Below are positions 51,319 to 64,000 of a stretch of DNA of 64,000 nt, piece after piece (positions within the stretch are counted from its first letter, which is position 1; each line of letters starts with the position of its first letter). Where the stretch lies: contig OZ024741.1 of assembly GCA_964016885.1 (NCBI GenBank), positions 360,282,001-360,346,000 on the forward strand. The letters run 5' to 3'. A model generated the notes under the pieces. That model worked only from the letters and a program-made list of their open reading frames with translations. It was not told the origin of the DNA and searched no databases. Position numbers and translations under genes: made by a program. Source of the stretch: Eledone cirrhosa. Its lineage: Eukaryota.

Positions 51319-51810
51319 TTGTATCAACCCCAGAAGGCTGAAAATAAAGTTAACCTTGAGGGAGGATTTGAACTCAGAAGGCCATAACAAAATACTGCAA
51401 GGCATTTCATCCGATGTGCTATATCAATTACCATATGGAAATAATAGTTTCTTATATAGGCACAAGGCCAGCAATTTTGGGGGAAGGGAAAGTCGATTAA
51501 ATCGACTCCAGTGCGTGACTAGTACTTTATTTTACCGACCCCGTAAGAATGAAAGGCAAAGTTAACCTCAGCGGGATTTGAACTCAGATCATAAAGGACC
51601 ATAAACCATATGGAAATAATAATAATAATTGTTTCTACTTTAAGCACAAGGCCAGCAATTTGAAGGGGAGGGGCAAGTCGATTAAATCGACATTACTGGT
51701 GTTTTATTTTATCGACCCCGTAACATATTATGACTTCTAATTTATGCATAAAAAAACCAGCAATTTGAAGCAAGGAGAAGCTGATTATATTGACCCCACT
51801 ATACAGTCTA
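51130..51810 (-). repeat. Head-to-tail cluster of ~5 partial Nin-like SINE copies
   Basis: Repeated aggcacaaggccagcaattt / gtcgattaaatcgac / ttttatcgaccc / ggatttgaactcaga blocks in one orientation. Confidence 0.7.
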
Positions 51811-54800
51811 CGTTTCTTGCTTTATATGGAATTTTTTTTAAAGCATAAATTGGAAGTGTACAATATTTTCCAGATGTTAGCTATTGTAAGCAAGGTCATG
51901 ATGGAGCACAGTACTATATAAAAATATGTAAATGAAAATTATAACTGGAAGAAAGTTAATAATATGTGAGCTCAAGATCCAAATAATAAAATATAAGACC
52001 TTTTTTTACCATATCGCCAATGAAATACATTGCCTTTAATTTTCAAATAACTTTTTAAAACCCTCAAAAATATGGAAGGATTTAATAATATAACTAACTT
52101 TTTGCATTATTAAGTTTGTGTTTAGAGCATAACTTAAATATTTTTTATATAACATTACGATGGACATTTAAACCGGCCGTATCTGGCCAGAATCCTCTCC
52201 CCTCTTTTTGTTCAAACTGGCTGCTCATACTTATGTTAAGGTACTGTTCTCAAAATAAATAATATCAAAATCTTGTAGATCCGATATTATGTGAGATAAT
52301 TATGTGAAATTATAGTGTTTACCATGAAAATGTAATAGTAAATATAGAATAATGTAAATGCTAAATGGTTTAAACAAACTTTTCTTTTTATCATATAACC
52401 ATGGGCTGTTTCAGGCAGGTTGGTATCAAAAGGGTTTTAAACAAGTTCGAACCAGACCTGGTAACATGTCCCTACCTACATGAGTCATTGATAGAAATCA
52501 ATAAATTTGAAAGCTAAAGAAGGATTAAATTAAGTAACTAACCAGTTGGATATTCAACATCAATGCCATTAATACCTACTCCCTGCCCCACCACCTCAGT
52601 AAATAGACTTTCTCCTCCTTCTTCATCCTGATTGTAACCAGATTAAATAATCCCCAAGAAAAACATTTAGTACTTTATTCCAAGTTGTCATCCAGGGACA
52701 GCTTTTATTCTCTATTCTGTTAATTCACCACCCTTTACTCAGACACACCATCCTCCACAAAGAAAAAGAAAAAAAAACTGAAAACTATATTTAATACCCT
52801 CCAAAACCAATTCTTAAGGATTTTTCCAAATAAGCCCTGATCAAACAAATCTATGATCGAAAGCATTCCAGGCATAATGTATCTAAGATTACATTATTCA
52901 ATGTGTCTTATCTTTTTTTTTTTTTTCAAATGGAATGGTGTGATTTGAGAAGGATTTGGCTGCTATTTCTTGCAGGTCGGATATATAATGGTTAGTGTCA
53001 GGGCGTTCGGATCAATCATATGGTTGTGAATTTGGTACTCAATGGCTCATTGTGTTCTGAGCAAGTCACTTTATTTCATTATTAATCCAGTTCACTCAGT
53101 CTGTAAAAATGAAAATTGTAACTGCAATTCTAAGCGCCAGCTAAGCTGAATCTCCCTAAAAACTATGTTAAGAGTTTACGACTAGAATGTTCAGCCACTT
53201 GCATGATGATTTCATGAGCCGGCTGTTTTGTCAATCGATTCAACTGGAACTTAATATCAGAACTGATGGTGGTCCAACACACACACACACACACACACAA
53301 TACATATATATATATATTATATATATATATAAGTATGCATCCATATTCTTTCTGCTATTCTCTCTTTCTCTGTTATACACTCATATGTATTTATCTGTAC
53401 AAATGAGAGAGAGAGAGAAAGTACACAACAATTGTAGTAGAGTTTATTCATTCATTCAAAGCTGATGATTCAAACTGTCATAACAGCAGTTTCGAATGAA
53501 TATATAAAAACACACACACACAGACATACAAAAATTTGTCTTCCTCCTAAGAATTTGAAGACCTAGTTGCCATACAAACCTACAGACAGCCAAGCACGAC
53601 TACTAAGAAAGTTCTGACAAGAGATGGATAATTCTGCCAAATAGCCAGTCAGCTTCTTTCTGTCTAACCTGCCTCCCTTTCGGAATTGTTTCTATACCAA
53701 AGAACACTTATGTCACATGACATCTCTGCAGCAACAGAAAACCAAAGTATTTATAGCGTACATTCTGACCTCAAGCAGGGAAACATGTGGGCTGATGACA
53801 CAGACAGTGTTTCAAGAGACAGAAAAACTGTCACAAGGAACCAGTTCACAGTGAACTAAAAAAGTCCTCACTCTCCAAACAAAGGTTCACCCTTTTGATA
53901 CCAAATCACCTGAAACCAACCTTGATTCTCTGAAACAAGGCTGTTTGTATTTATTATCTAAAAAAAACAAAACCTTTCATAATTTTATGTAAGAACCATT
54001 TATATGTTCTAGACACCAGATTAATAAGAAGGTTAACTATATTATTAAATCTCTTTTGTTTTTTAATAATGAGAAAATCATAGGCAATATAGACAGTGAA
54101 TTAACAGTCAGCAGAACATCAGTTCAAATGTTTTGTGGTATTCTTTTTGGCTCTCTATGCTCTGAGTCTAAAACACATATTCCCACAGTCTACAAGGTCC
54201 ACTTGGTGCATTTTATCATAGCCCCACCACTAGGAAGGTTGTCATGTCTTTGAAATAAATAAATACACACACACACAGACTGCAACATAAACTTCATACA
54301 GTTTCTTTATACCAAATCTACTCACAAGGTATTCATCGACCTGTTGCTACACTAGAAGTCATTCACCAAAATTCTGTCAATTTCTCCCCATTTGTTTTTA
54401 ACTGCAATTAGGTATTTAGAATTTTTCAAGTTTTATGAAGCTATGAAAATCTAACAAATAAGAGGTGACAACCATCCCACTAAATAAGTAAATAAAAATT
54501 AAACATTTCTGATCTACTTTTCAATCTACAAAAAATAAAATCTTGTCCAGATAAATATACGAAAATAGAGCTTTCAAGTTTTTCTAGCTCCCATTTTCCA
54601 TCTATTTTTATATCTTTGTATAGTATATCTTTGTGATGTCTGTGTGTGTGTTCATTTTAAAGAACATGTATAATCACCATATACAAATCCCAATGCCACA
54701 GCAAAATGTACTATCTTTAAGATAGTATGTTTGCACGAATACAACTATATTAGATATGATATCATCACTTATCTAATAAATAATTTGCCTGTTTCCAAGC

Positions 54801-55134
54801 AGCCTTAGGAATCATATCTGAAAAGTAAATAATTCAACAGATTCAATAATATACTCCATTACCCCACTATATATTTAGAACCTAAAATACTACCTTACAT
54901 TTCAAAAGTGTACAATTACAAAAGAAACAACGGAACATCTACACAATCACTCAATCTGCTAGAAATAGCGACCAAATCTATATAGTTTCAAAAATTATGG
55001 ACACTGGATAATGTCTTTAGATACACTATGAAATCTAAAGGGAGATTTTGCTGGTAGTTTTAGCAGATTGGAAGACAATGTAGCCGCATTGCATCCACAG
55101 TTAGATACCCTATTGTTTTCAAATCATGTGGATA

Positions 55135-55784
55135 TCTGTAAATATATAAAATTAAATATGTGTGTGCGTGTGTGTGTGTGCCTGTGTATTACCTATAGGG
55201 GCCTACATCTTACGACCGATTTTCATGAAACTTTACAGGCTCATAGATTAGTCATAGAGGAGTGTTTTCTATATATCAGCGTATGGTTTTTTTTATTCCG
55301 GGGTCATTCGGCAGATAAAAATGGATGGGGGGGGGGGGGGGGGTCACCTTTTTTTAGGTATCGAAAAATAAGATTTTTGGCTCTAGCTCCCACATTTTGC
55401 CACCGATTTCATTCAAATTTTAAAGCAAAATAGAATTTATCATTGCACATCCTATAATGGCTTTATATTTTGCATTTGTTGTTCAGGGATCGCGTGGCAG
55501 CTGCTTAAATATAAAAAAATACCACTTTTAGACTCAAATTTCCACTTTTTCGGCTCTAGCTCCCACATTTTTCAACCGATTTCGTTCAAATTCGAAACTC
55601 CCTCCCCCAGCATGCCCCTTCGTCAGTGACCCGCATTTCTCAGTGATAGAGATCATCACCACCCTCCCCCGCATGGCCTGTGTGTGGCCATAGATGAGTC
55701 ATCGAGAAGCAGTCGCTAAGATCAACACCTTTTCATCAAAGCAGATATTTTACCTACCCAGGCAATGCTGGGTACTGCTGCTAG
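55135..55784 (+). mobile_element. Non-autonomous Helitron
   Basis: 5' A|TC...atatataaaa followed by (TG)n. 3' hairpin TACCCAG-gcaatg-CTGGGTA (55755-55774), then CTAG|T (55781-55785). No TSD. Internal ~45-bp direct repeat. Confidence 0.78.
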
Positions 55785-57953
55785 TCATCTATAAATTTCT
55801 GCAATTCTGTTACATGTGTGTGTAAAAGGAAAGAGGGGATGAGGGTGGAAAAACTATAACAAAATAGCGGCTGGCATTCCATTTGTTATGCTGTGTGTGT
55901 ATGTGTTTGCGTGAATGTATGTGTGTGTGTTTGCGTGACCCATGCTCCCGTCCAGACCCATGCTAGCGTGGAAAAATGGACGTTAAACGATGATGATGTA
56001 TGTTTGTGTGTGTGTGTGTGTGTGTGCTTGCGTGAATGTATGTTTGTGTGTGTGCTTGCGTGAATGTATGTTTGTGTGGGTGTGTGTTTGCATGAATGTA
56101 TGTATGTCTGCGTTTGCGTGAATGTGTTTGCACATTTATATTTATATATACTCATACATATAAATGTATGCAAACACACAGACACACATATGCATGTTGA
56201 AAAAAGTCCTAGTACAATATAATTTTCAAAAAATAGACACATCAGATGGTCTGAGATACATTATGATTGAAAAAAAAGGATAGCTGGATCTTCTTTGATT
56301 AAAAATCTACTGGATTAAGGATAACTAAGGATCAAACAACAATAGTGTACAATTCAGAATTTTTATCATGCTCTCACAACTGCTCATAAGCAAATATTCA
56401 CATAAGACAAATAGAAATGTATATTTTCCTTGTTGGGCACCTCTTGGAATATGATTTCATGCATTTAAGGTGAGATCGCATTTCACTCTCAGTAAAATAT
56501 AGTGTATATATTCATGCATAAAAATTGCACCTTTCTCTATACAACATGAAAAACCAGCATGCACCTTACCTACTGTACCTACAAAACCGCAATTCAAAAT
56601 ATATGGTACACTGTAAATGTGGTTGGTGTTAGAAAGGGCATCCAGCTGCAGAAACTAAGCCAAAATCAGTTCTGTGCAAGAGAATCACGGTCCCTCAACC
56701 TGATCCCTCACAAAAGGACAGCCCGTCCTACCCATGCTAGTGTGGAAGATGGACATTAAATGATGATGATGATAATTGTAAATATTGTATGTAAAATGGA
56801 GATGTAACTTATTTACAAGCATATGGGGTGTCGTATGGACCATGGATACATCAGTAATCTAAATGTAAATAGATTATAGAAAAAGGAGACTCCCCCTTCT
56901 TTGATAATCAACTGATTCCTATCAAAAATACAAGATTCCTTATCAATGGTAGTCAACTGACTTACCAAGAGACAAGATGATATTTCTTATCTTTAGCGTC
57001 AAATCTATTTAAACCAATTAAAAGATGTGTCATGCTTTAAACTAAGATAATGAATAATAGATGAGGAAAGAAAAAAACATTAAAATCCTGTTTACTGTCA
57101 GTAATTTTATTGTAAATGGGGAACCAATGAGGGAGTCTATGTTGTCTTTCAACCTGCTTAAAATATGAAAATTCTCTCTCAAATGAGACACTTAGACTTT
57201 TAAAAAATTGTAAAGATACATTAAAGAATGTTGTTCTAGATATACTAGGTTTGAAAAAAGACAGGATCATGAGTGAAATACCCTAAGGTCCATCTAATCA
57301 AGGTTGACCTGGAACAAGCTAAGTAACAATATCTTGAACATTGCTGAATATATATATAATGTTTTGCTTACTTTACTTCATGCTATAGTTTTAATTGTTT
57401 TTTAAGAGGTTTTGTACATCATATATTTCTATACAAGTCTGTATTAGGCGACAGTAATAAGAACCTTCCACTTCTAATATTTATAAGAGAGGAAGGATTT
57501 AGTGTGTCAAATTTATCCTGTTATATCCTTACAAAAACAAATATTAAAAAAATAATGCCATGTGCATATGGTTATATTTATTATCTTATAAGTAATTTTA
57601 AGTACTTAGTATCTATAGAGACAAAGACAGAGTGATGACGGTAAGTATTGATGGTGATAAAAACTGTAAATGTAGTAAAGTGGAAAAAATAGAATCTGAG
57701 AAATTAACGGTTTGTGCCGAAAAAATAAAATAGACTCAAGTTTGTGAAGAGAAATTATTTCTGAGTTGATTTATTTTATAGATTTTTTTTTTTTTGTAAA
57801 TATAACACAGAGAGAGAGAGAGTAGAAAACAATCTAGCTCAGATTTGTCCCCTCTTCATAAAAGGTTCCCTAGGAACACATCAGCTGATTAATAAAACCT
57901 AGATGCCATCACATGAACAAATAATATAACAATAGAACACCTAGATTCTAATG

Positions 57954-58281
57954 CAGTGTTTCCCAACCTTTTATGTACCATGCCCCACCTCAACGTCTAA
58001 AAAGTTATTATATGCCTCCTCTCCCTATTTGATATGAAAACAGTAATGATCAACTGCAAAGTGTAAACAAACTGGTGTATAGATGGTGCCAGATACACAA
58101 TAAGATGTGGAAGAGGAGGTAAGGCAGGAGTTTCTGACAAAAATGTGTACAAAGTTGCCTTGGTGTAAAAGTAATAAAGTAAAACTTTAAGTTAGTTCTC
58201 ATCAACATCATTTTCAAATGGCCCACTTGAATATTCAAACTGTCCCCACGAGGGGTGTGTGCCCTGCGTTGGGAATCACTG
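57954..58281. mobile_element. Non-autonomous hAT (Charlie-like) element with an 8-bp TSD
   Basis: TIRs CAGTGTTTCCCAAC / GTTGGGAATCACTG, with a perfect direct repeat TTCTAATG at 57946-57953 and 58282-58289. Confidence 0.9.
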
Positions 58282-58739
58282 TTCTAATGCAAGACATCCT
58301 ACTAGATGTTAGGAAAAACAAAAATAAGACTTACATTCAACTAAAAACAAACAGAATATCACTATTTTTAACAAGGTACAAGATAGATATTTTCTTTATG
58401 GAAGAGTAGTAACAGTTGATATAATCCCAGTAACCCTAACAAAGATGCATGTAGCAGACTCAGAATTGAGGACATTATAATAAGGTAAATACTCAAAAAC
58501 ATCTAGTTCAGGAATCAGTCCACAAGTGAGCCTTTGGGGTACTCACTGTGGGCTTCAGACCTTTTCAAATTTGTATGTCTCATTGTTTTTTATGTGCAAT
58601 GGCTGGAAAGAAACAGCTTTTAGACTCATTCTCTCATATACACCAGGTTTGAATGCTAAAGAACCAAATTCCCAGTCACTGCTTCCGTCTCTCCACATCT
58701 CTCATTGTTGTGAGCAAATGGGGGCCCACGACCCTGGCG

Positions 58740-59010
58740 AACAGAATAAAGAAAGTGGTTTTTTTCCAGAAGATGGTGAGGGATACGCACTGGAAGAGCC
58801 TTTTCAGCTCGTGAGGCCCACACCTGCGGGTAGCCAACCCTGTGCCAATGGTGGTGAGCAGGGAGGTGGCCCTAGGGCCAAGGACGCCGGAAGTCTCCAC
58901 TGCCACAGACTTGACTGCAAACCTGTCAGAGAGCAACTGATATTTGGAGAATTTGCTCTCCTCGGCCCGAAGTGCAGCAGAACCTGGGTTAGTTGCAGAC
59001 TGCACCAGGT
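58740..59010 (-). mobile_element. CRE-like RLE C-terminal fragment
   Basis: PGSAALRAEESKFSKYQLLSDRFAVKSVAVETSGVLGP...LFQCVSLTI matches the consensus G.AA..AE..K..KY..L...F.P.A.ET.G..G...LFQR.S..I. Confidence 0.75.
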
Positions 59011-59340
59011 AGCCACCAGATGTATAACAGTGTGCACAAACAACAAAGCATAGATGAGTTGAGAGAAAAACTAGGTATAAGAGGAATGAGATGTAATGTG
59101 TAAGAGAGAAGACTATTCTGATACAAATATGATGACAGTTGGGTTAAGCAAGAAATACCAGAAATTCCAAAAAAATGAAGACCAAGGAAGACATAGCAGA
59201 AGTGGTAAAAGCTGATCTCAGGAGGCTGAACCTCACATAGGACATGACAAAGTAATACAAGTGGCAAGATGCAGTTTTTGGTTGAGGATCTGTCCAACCC
59301 AAGGAAGCATAGAAAAAATATAAAATGACGATGATGATAT
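59010..59340 (+). mobile_element. Decayed RTE 3' end
   Basis: ELREKLGIRGMRCNV..RRL-like remnant, GRPR-like segment, and a tail ending in gatgatgat. Confidence 0.6.
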
Positions 59341-59437
59341 AATATCCATGTTAGCTAAGGGCAAAACAAAAATTAAAAAAAACACCAAAAGTGGCTCATT
59401 ACAAAATAAAAAATTGCTCATCACTGATCTAGTTTAA

Positions 59438-59654
59438 CCCTTTAGCATTTAAACCGGCCATGTCTGGCCAAAATTGTATCACCTCATTCTGTTTAAACCG
59501 GCTGTAACCGGCCACTCATACAATGTTAAGGTATTGTTCTCAGCATAAATAATATCAAAATCTCATAGATTCGATATTATGTGAGATAATTATGGGAGGT
59601 AGTGTTTACTGTGAAAATATATAGTAAATATAGAGTAATGTAAATGCTAGAGAG
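59438..59654. mobile_element. piggyBac-type MITE family A, complete copy in the opposite orientation
   Basis: TTAA|CCCTTTAGCATTTA ... TAAATGCTAGAGAG|TTAA; the internal sequence is the reverse complement of 26832-27052. Confidence 0.82.
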
Positions 59655-60970
59655 TTAATTTTCTACAATTTGAAGTAACTTCCCTCAATGACAATCAGAT
59701 ATTTGCCATCATTCATAAACATATACACCTGTCATGGCTATTAGTATAGCCTTATGAGCAAAGAACCCCCCCCCCCCCCCCCACCAAAAAAAAAAAAAAG
59801 AGATTAGCCATGTGTTAGATTTACAAACTGTTGTCTTGAAGATAAGAATTCTGTGACACCTCACTAAACAGTATTTACCCTGTAACCTTTTCCTGTGGTA
59901 GTTATCAATGACCTTTCTTTATACTGCACCCATTAAACTATTATCTCTCACTACTCCTGCAGTTTATCTCACACAAACGCATCTAATCTCTCTCTTCCAA
60001 CACAATACATTACTATCAAACACTTATAAATGAGACAGAACCATCAAAGGAGCCTCTATATATTCGCTCGATCCGCTAGAAATAACAGCAATATCTCCCT
60101 AAAATCATAACCTACTATGACACACTGGAAAATATAGTTCCAAATATAATATGGCTAAAAATAAAAAAAAAGCTATGGTCATAACTGAAATGTTTTTAAT
60201 CCTAAACAGGTCTCCTGAAACACAGCAGACCAAGTCTAAACACCACTACCACACCTCTGATTTGTATTTTTCCTTTATCTTGATCCAAAAGGTCAAAAGT
60301 TCAAATCACATCAGCGACATTGAATTATCCCAGAGATATATATAATCTCCATAAATACAAATTGGTTTCAGAACAGAAATAGGACACTACTTATTTGTGC
60401 ACTTTATAATGAAAGCAGTAACAAGCAAGTATTTTAAGACCTTTTTCCTTTGCTAAAGCAAAGATTAACCTTGCAGGGCCCAGAGACTCATTATAGGGTC
60501 CTTTTGAAGCAATGTTTTACAGCTGGATGCCCTTCTTTGCACCAACCCTTTAAGTCACCACTTACTATATGTACCTATTCTAAACTGGGTGCATACAGCT
60601 GCCATTTTATAATGAAAGTCTCAGTGAAAATATCAATCAGGAAAATTTTTGCCACAATTCATAGAAATATCTAAATTAGCAGAACCCTTCAACTTATGCT
60701 TATTTATGAAGACCTGATGTAAATATATCTGCCTCATCTCATTTATTTTTATCAACATCTGATAATGATTGTTTCTACTTTTGGCAAGAAGCCAGAATTT
60801 TTGGGGAAGGGGAAAGTCAATTAAATCGACCTCAGTGCATTACTGGTACTTTCTTTTATCGACTCCATATGGACGAAAGGCGAAGCTAACTTCAGCAGGA
60901 TTTAGAACTCACCTGATAATGATAAAACCTGTTATACATCAGATTTAACCCTTTAGCATTTACATTGAAT

Positions 60971-61317
60971 GGAGGCACATGGCTTAGTGGTTAGAGCATT
61001 GGCCTTGCAATTGAAAGGTTGTGAGTTCAATTCTCAGACCGGGTGATGTGTTGTTTCCTTGAGCAAGACACTTTATTTCACATTGCTCCAGTTTACTCAG
61101 CTGTAGAAATGAGATGATAGGGACTGGGGTCCCTATCATTCCACTGCAAAGTGGTCGTGGAGGTGCCACGGCAAAAAAGCACCCAGCACTCACTGTAAAA
61201 TGAGGTTGGTGTTAGGAAGGGCATCCAGCTGTAGAAATCAAGCCAGAATCAGTTCCCGTCCCACCCTTGCAAGCAGGGAAAAAGCGGACGTAAAATGAAA
61301 TGATGATGATGATGATT
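60971..61317 (+). mobile_element. tRNA-derived SINE, full-length young copy nested in MITE A
   Basis: Same head, body and tail as 8103-8393, plus the internal ATGATAGGGAC-TGGG-GTCCCTATCAT hairpin; it splits the MITE A sequence. Confidence 0.9.
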
Positions 61318-62699
61318 ACTCTATATTTACTATTGTATTTTTGCAGAAACGGCTTTACCTCACAATTATCTCGCATAATATTGAATCTATGAGATTTTGA
61401 TATTGTTTATTTTGAGAACAATATCTTAACATCAGTATGAGTGACAAGTTACGGCAGGTTTGAACAGAAAGAGGTGAGAGAATTCTGGCCAGATATGGCC
61501 GGTTTAAATGCATTCTCACATAATTTCCACTGGTTGATCACCAAATTGGACTGAATAACTGAGTAGTAGTACAGTCTTACAGTACTGAGATCAAATCCTA
61601 CTACAAGAGATAACCCTTTTGTTACCAAATTTTTCATGAAGGATACTGCCAATGATTTTCAAATAACTTTTGAAAATTTCAAGAATTTTAAGGGATATTA
61701 TAAAATAATTTTCTTAATATTAAGCTGATGTTTGAAATATAACAAGGGCTCTTACATAAAATTGTGATGGAAGGTTTTTTAGATAAATATAACACTTTAA
61801 ATGAAAGAATTTTGTATCAAAGTACCAGGGGCAGTTTCAGAAGATTTGCTATCAAGAGTTAATTGCAACCTGAATTCTGAATTGATGTCATTTTTTAAAA
61901 AACAGTTTTGTATTACAGGACCAGGCATAGCTTTAGATGGTTTGGTATCAAAAGAGTTAACCTTTTATCTACTTGTATGAACCAATATAGAAGCATCAAT
62001 GTGGTAGCTTACTGTGTGGTTGCTAGAATTAACAGCAAAACCACCTTCAAATCATGCTAAAGGGCACATTGGACAATGAAGTACCAGATAAATTATGTCA
62101 GGATAAAAAAAAAATTAACAGGATCGTCACAGTTGGATCATGGGTGTGTAGTAGTAATGACCTTTAACTAAACAGCAAAAAAAAAAAAAAACTTTATTCC
62201 TCTGACAACATACTGGAATCATTTAACATCCACTTTCCATACTGACATAGATTGGATAGATCATTATAGAGAAAGTCAGTTGTTATTCAGAGTTACTGCC
62301 TTCCTATATGAACCTGTGAACCACATCTCACTCATACATTTCATTTTGTGCATGGTTTCTATGGATGGATGTGCTTCCTAATAGCAACCATTATACAGAG
62401 TGCACTGGGTGCATTTTATCATGGCACAAAAACCAATCTACAACTCAAACTGTCACAAAAGAAAAAAAACCTCATGTAGCAGACACTATACAGATTCAAT
62501 GACTTCCTTGTTCCTGATGACTTGCACTCAGGACATAATTGTTTTGTTTTTTTAATATACATTAGAGTCCAACCTTTATTAGCAGGGAAACTGGATGTTA
62601 AATGATGATGATGAAAGAGGGTAGTTTAATTCAATGTCCCTTCACCACATGAAACTGCATTAGCAAGGCCTTGAAAAGTGTATCCCCCCTCCCCCACTG

Positions 62700-63125
62700 T
62701 CATGCCGTTACAGTGCTGGCTGCCTCCCATGCCATGCTGCTCTTGAGATTATAAAGCATGGTCTGGACGGCACAGACTTCCCTTCCCAGTTCAAGTCAGT
62801 GGGTTCCGTCGGGGTAGACTCATCTGGGATGCTACTTGCTGTAACACCTTATGGCAACCTGATGCATTCAGCTATCAGCCCAGGCTCTGCTGCCTGCCAG
62901 GCTGAATAAAGCAAACTGTCCAGTTATCGGCCGCTCTCTGATAGGTTTGTGGTAGCACCTGTAGTAGTGGAGACTTCTGGATTTCTTGGCCCCTCCAGAC
63001 CACATCCCTACACACTACTATCAAAGTTAAGCTGGCTGCCCGCAGGTGCATGCCCTGCAAGGTAGAGTGGCTGTTCTAGTGCGTCTCCCTCACTGTCCTC
63101 CCAGGCAATCTATTCTCCATCCTGT
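62700..63125 (+). mobile_element. CRE-like RLE fragment, same family as 58740-59010, with stops
   Basis: Manual translation gives GRLIWDATCCNT...HSAISPGSAACQAE*SKLSSYRPLSDRFVVAPVVVETSGFLGP...EWLF*CVSLTVL. Confidence 0.72.
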
Positions 63126-63459
63126 TGGCCGAAACCAAAAGGCAAAGGGTAAAGTTAGTTGGAGGTCGAGGTTACTCATTTGGACATTACACATTTCCTC
63201 TTTTCACCCTACTTTCACTCACCAGGATACTTATAACTGTATATACATCGACTTATTCCACACCAACATCCTTGGACTTCCTTTCAATATCTGCTAATGT
63301 TATACTAAAAAAGAAAACACTGACTGCATCACATTAAAAATTACTCTAAAAATGTAAATTTTCACAACCATCTTTCAACTAGTAAAGATACCAGTTTTTA
63401 GATATTTTCTGCTAGATCATTGCAGGTTAAGAGTTAACTAAACATGCTGATTATGGTAT

Positions 63460-63875
63460 GACCATCTCTTTTTCCATGTTTACATGAGTTTTCACAAGCA
63501 CATTACTTCACTATTTGCTACACAATCCTTTGTCATCTCCTTTGTAAAGTCCAGCCTCTTCAGATCAGCTTGTTCTTTCTCTTCTCTAGGTCCTTCCATT
63601 TAGATTGCATGACACTGTTATATCCATCTGTCATTCACTACATACATCACATGTCAATACCAGTACAGATTTTTCTCTTGCATGCTACCCTGCCTTTTGC
63701 TCAGCTTATTTGTGCTCTGCCATTTATGCTCTCTAACATTATACATCCAGCAGAGTATGTTCACTTCATTTCTTTCTAGCCTCCAAACATTTTCAACAGT
63801 CAATGCCCATGTTTACACTACCATGCAACATTTCTCTTCATACATGAGCATTATATAATCTGCCCATCACTCAGA
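63460..63875 (-). mobile_element. Decayed RTE 3' fragment
   Basis: Aligns by eye to the C-terminal coding region of the RTE (LHGS.TWAL...LERNE..LCWM..WY.HVM). Confidence 0.6.
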
Positions 63876-64000
63876 ACTATTTTTAGAATTCTAAACCACA
63901 CGAGTTAATCAATTGGTATTATTGTTAAAACTTTCTAAATATTTGATTATTATCTGGTATTGTTTGATACCCAACATTTCTCACTTCCAGTTTATGACTA

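Noticed and set aside
53462-53500. CTGATGA followed by the hairpin ttcaaactg...cagtttcgaa
   Set aside because: Lacks the GAAA and NUH/stem I elements of a hammerhead.
58526-59053. 175-aa plus-strand ORF
   Set aside because: Antisense to the CRE-like RLE fragment; no recognisable domain.

Overview
AT-rich eukaryotic (animal) genomic DNA, not prokaryotic. The microsatellite load and the RTE-LINE / tRNA-SINE / TTAA-MITE repertoire resemble a coleoid cephalopod such as Octopus (inference, not verified). The window appears to lie inside one large minus-strand WD40 gene of the MAPKBP1/WDR62 family, of which only two small coding exons are recognisable (38403-38494 and 23886-24006; GT-AG, phase-compatible). 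Most of the rest is transposon-derived: a near full-length RTE LINE with a PHD-like finger inside the RT region, several truncated or decayed LINEs (RTE, RTEX-like, CR1-like, CRE-like restriction-endonuclease fragments), two SINE families, mariner fragments, piggyBac-type TTAA MITEs, a hAT MITE with a perfect 8-bp TSD, a non-autonomous Helitron, and mini/microsatellites. The most notable observation is two unrelated, ORF-less, structured elements (about 19021-19662 and 42722-43255). Each carries a type I hammerhead-ribozyme motif with a palindromic minimal stem III (Penelope/retrozyme-like), on the same strand as the host pre-mRNA, and both show the same unusual A-A apposition at the base of stem II. 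Most ORFs in the supplied track are microsatellite or antisense artefacts.
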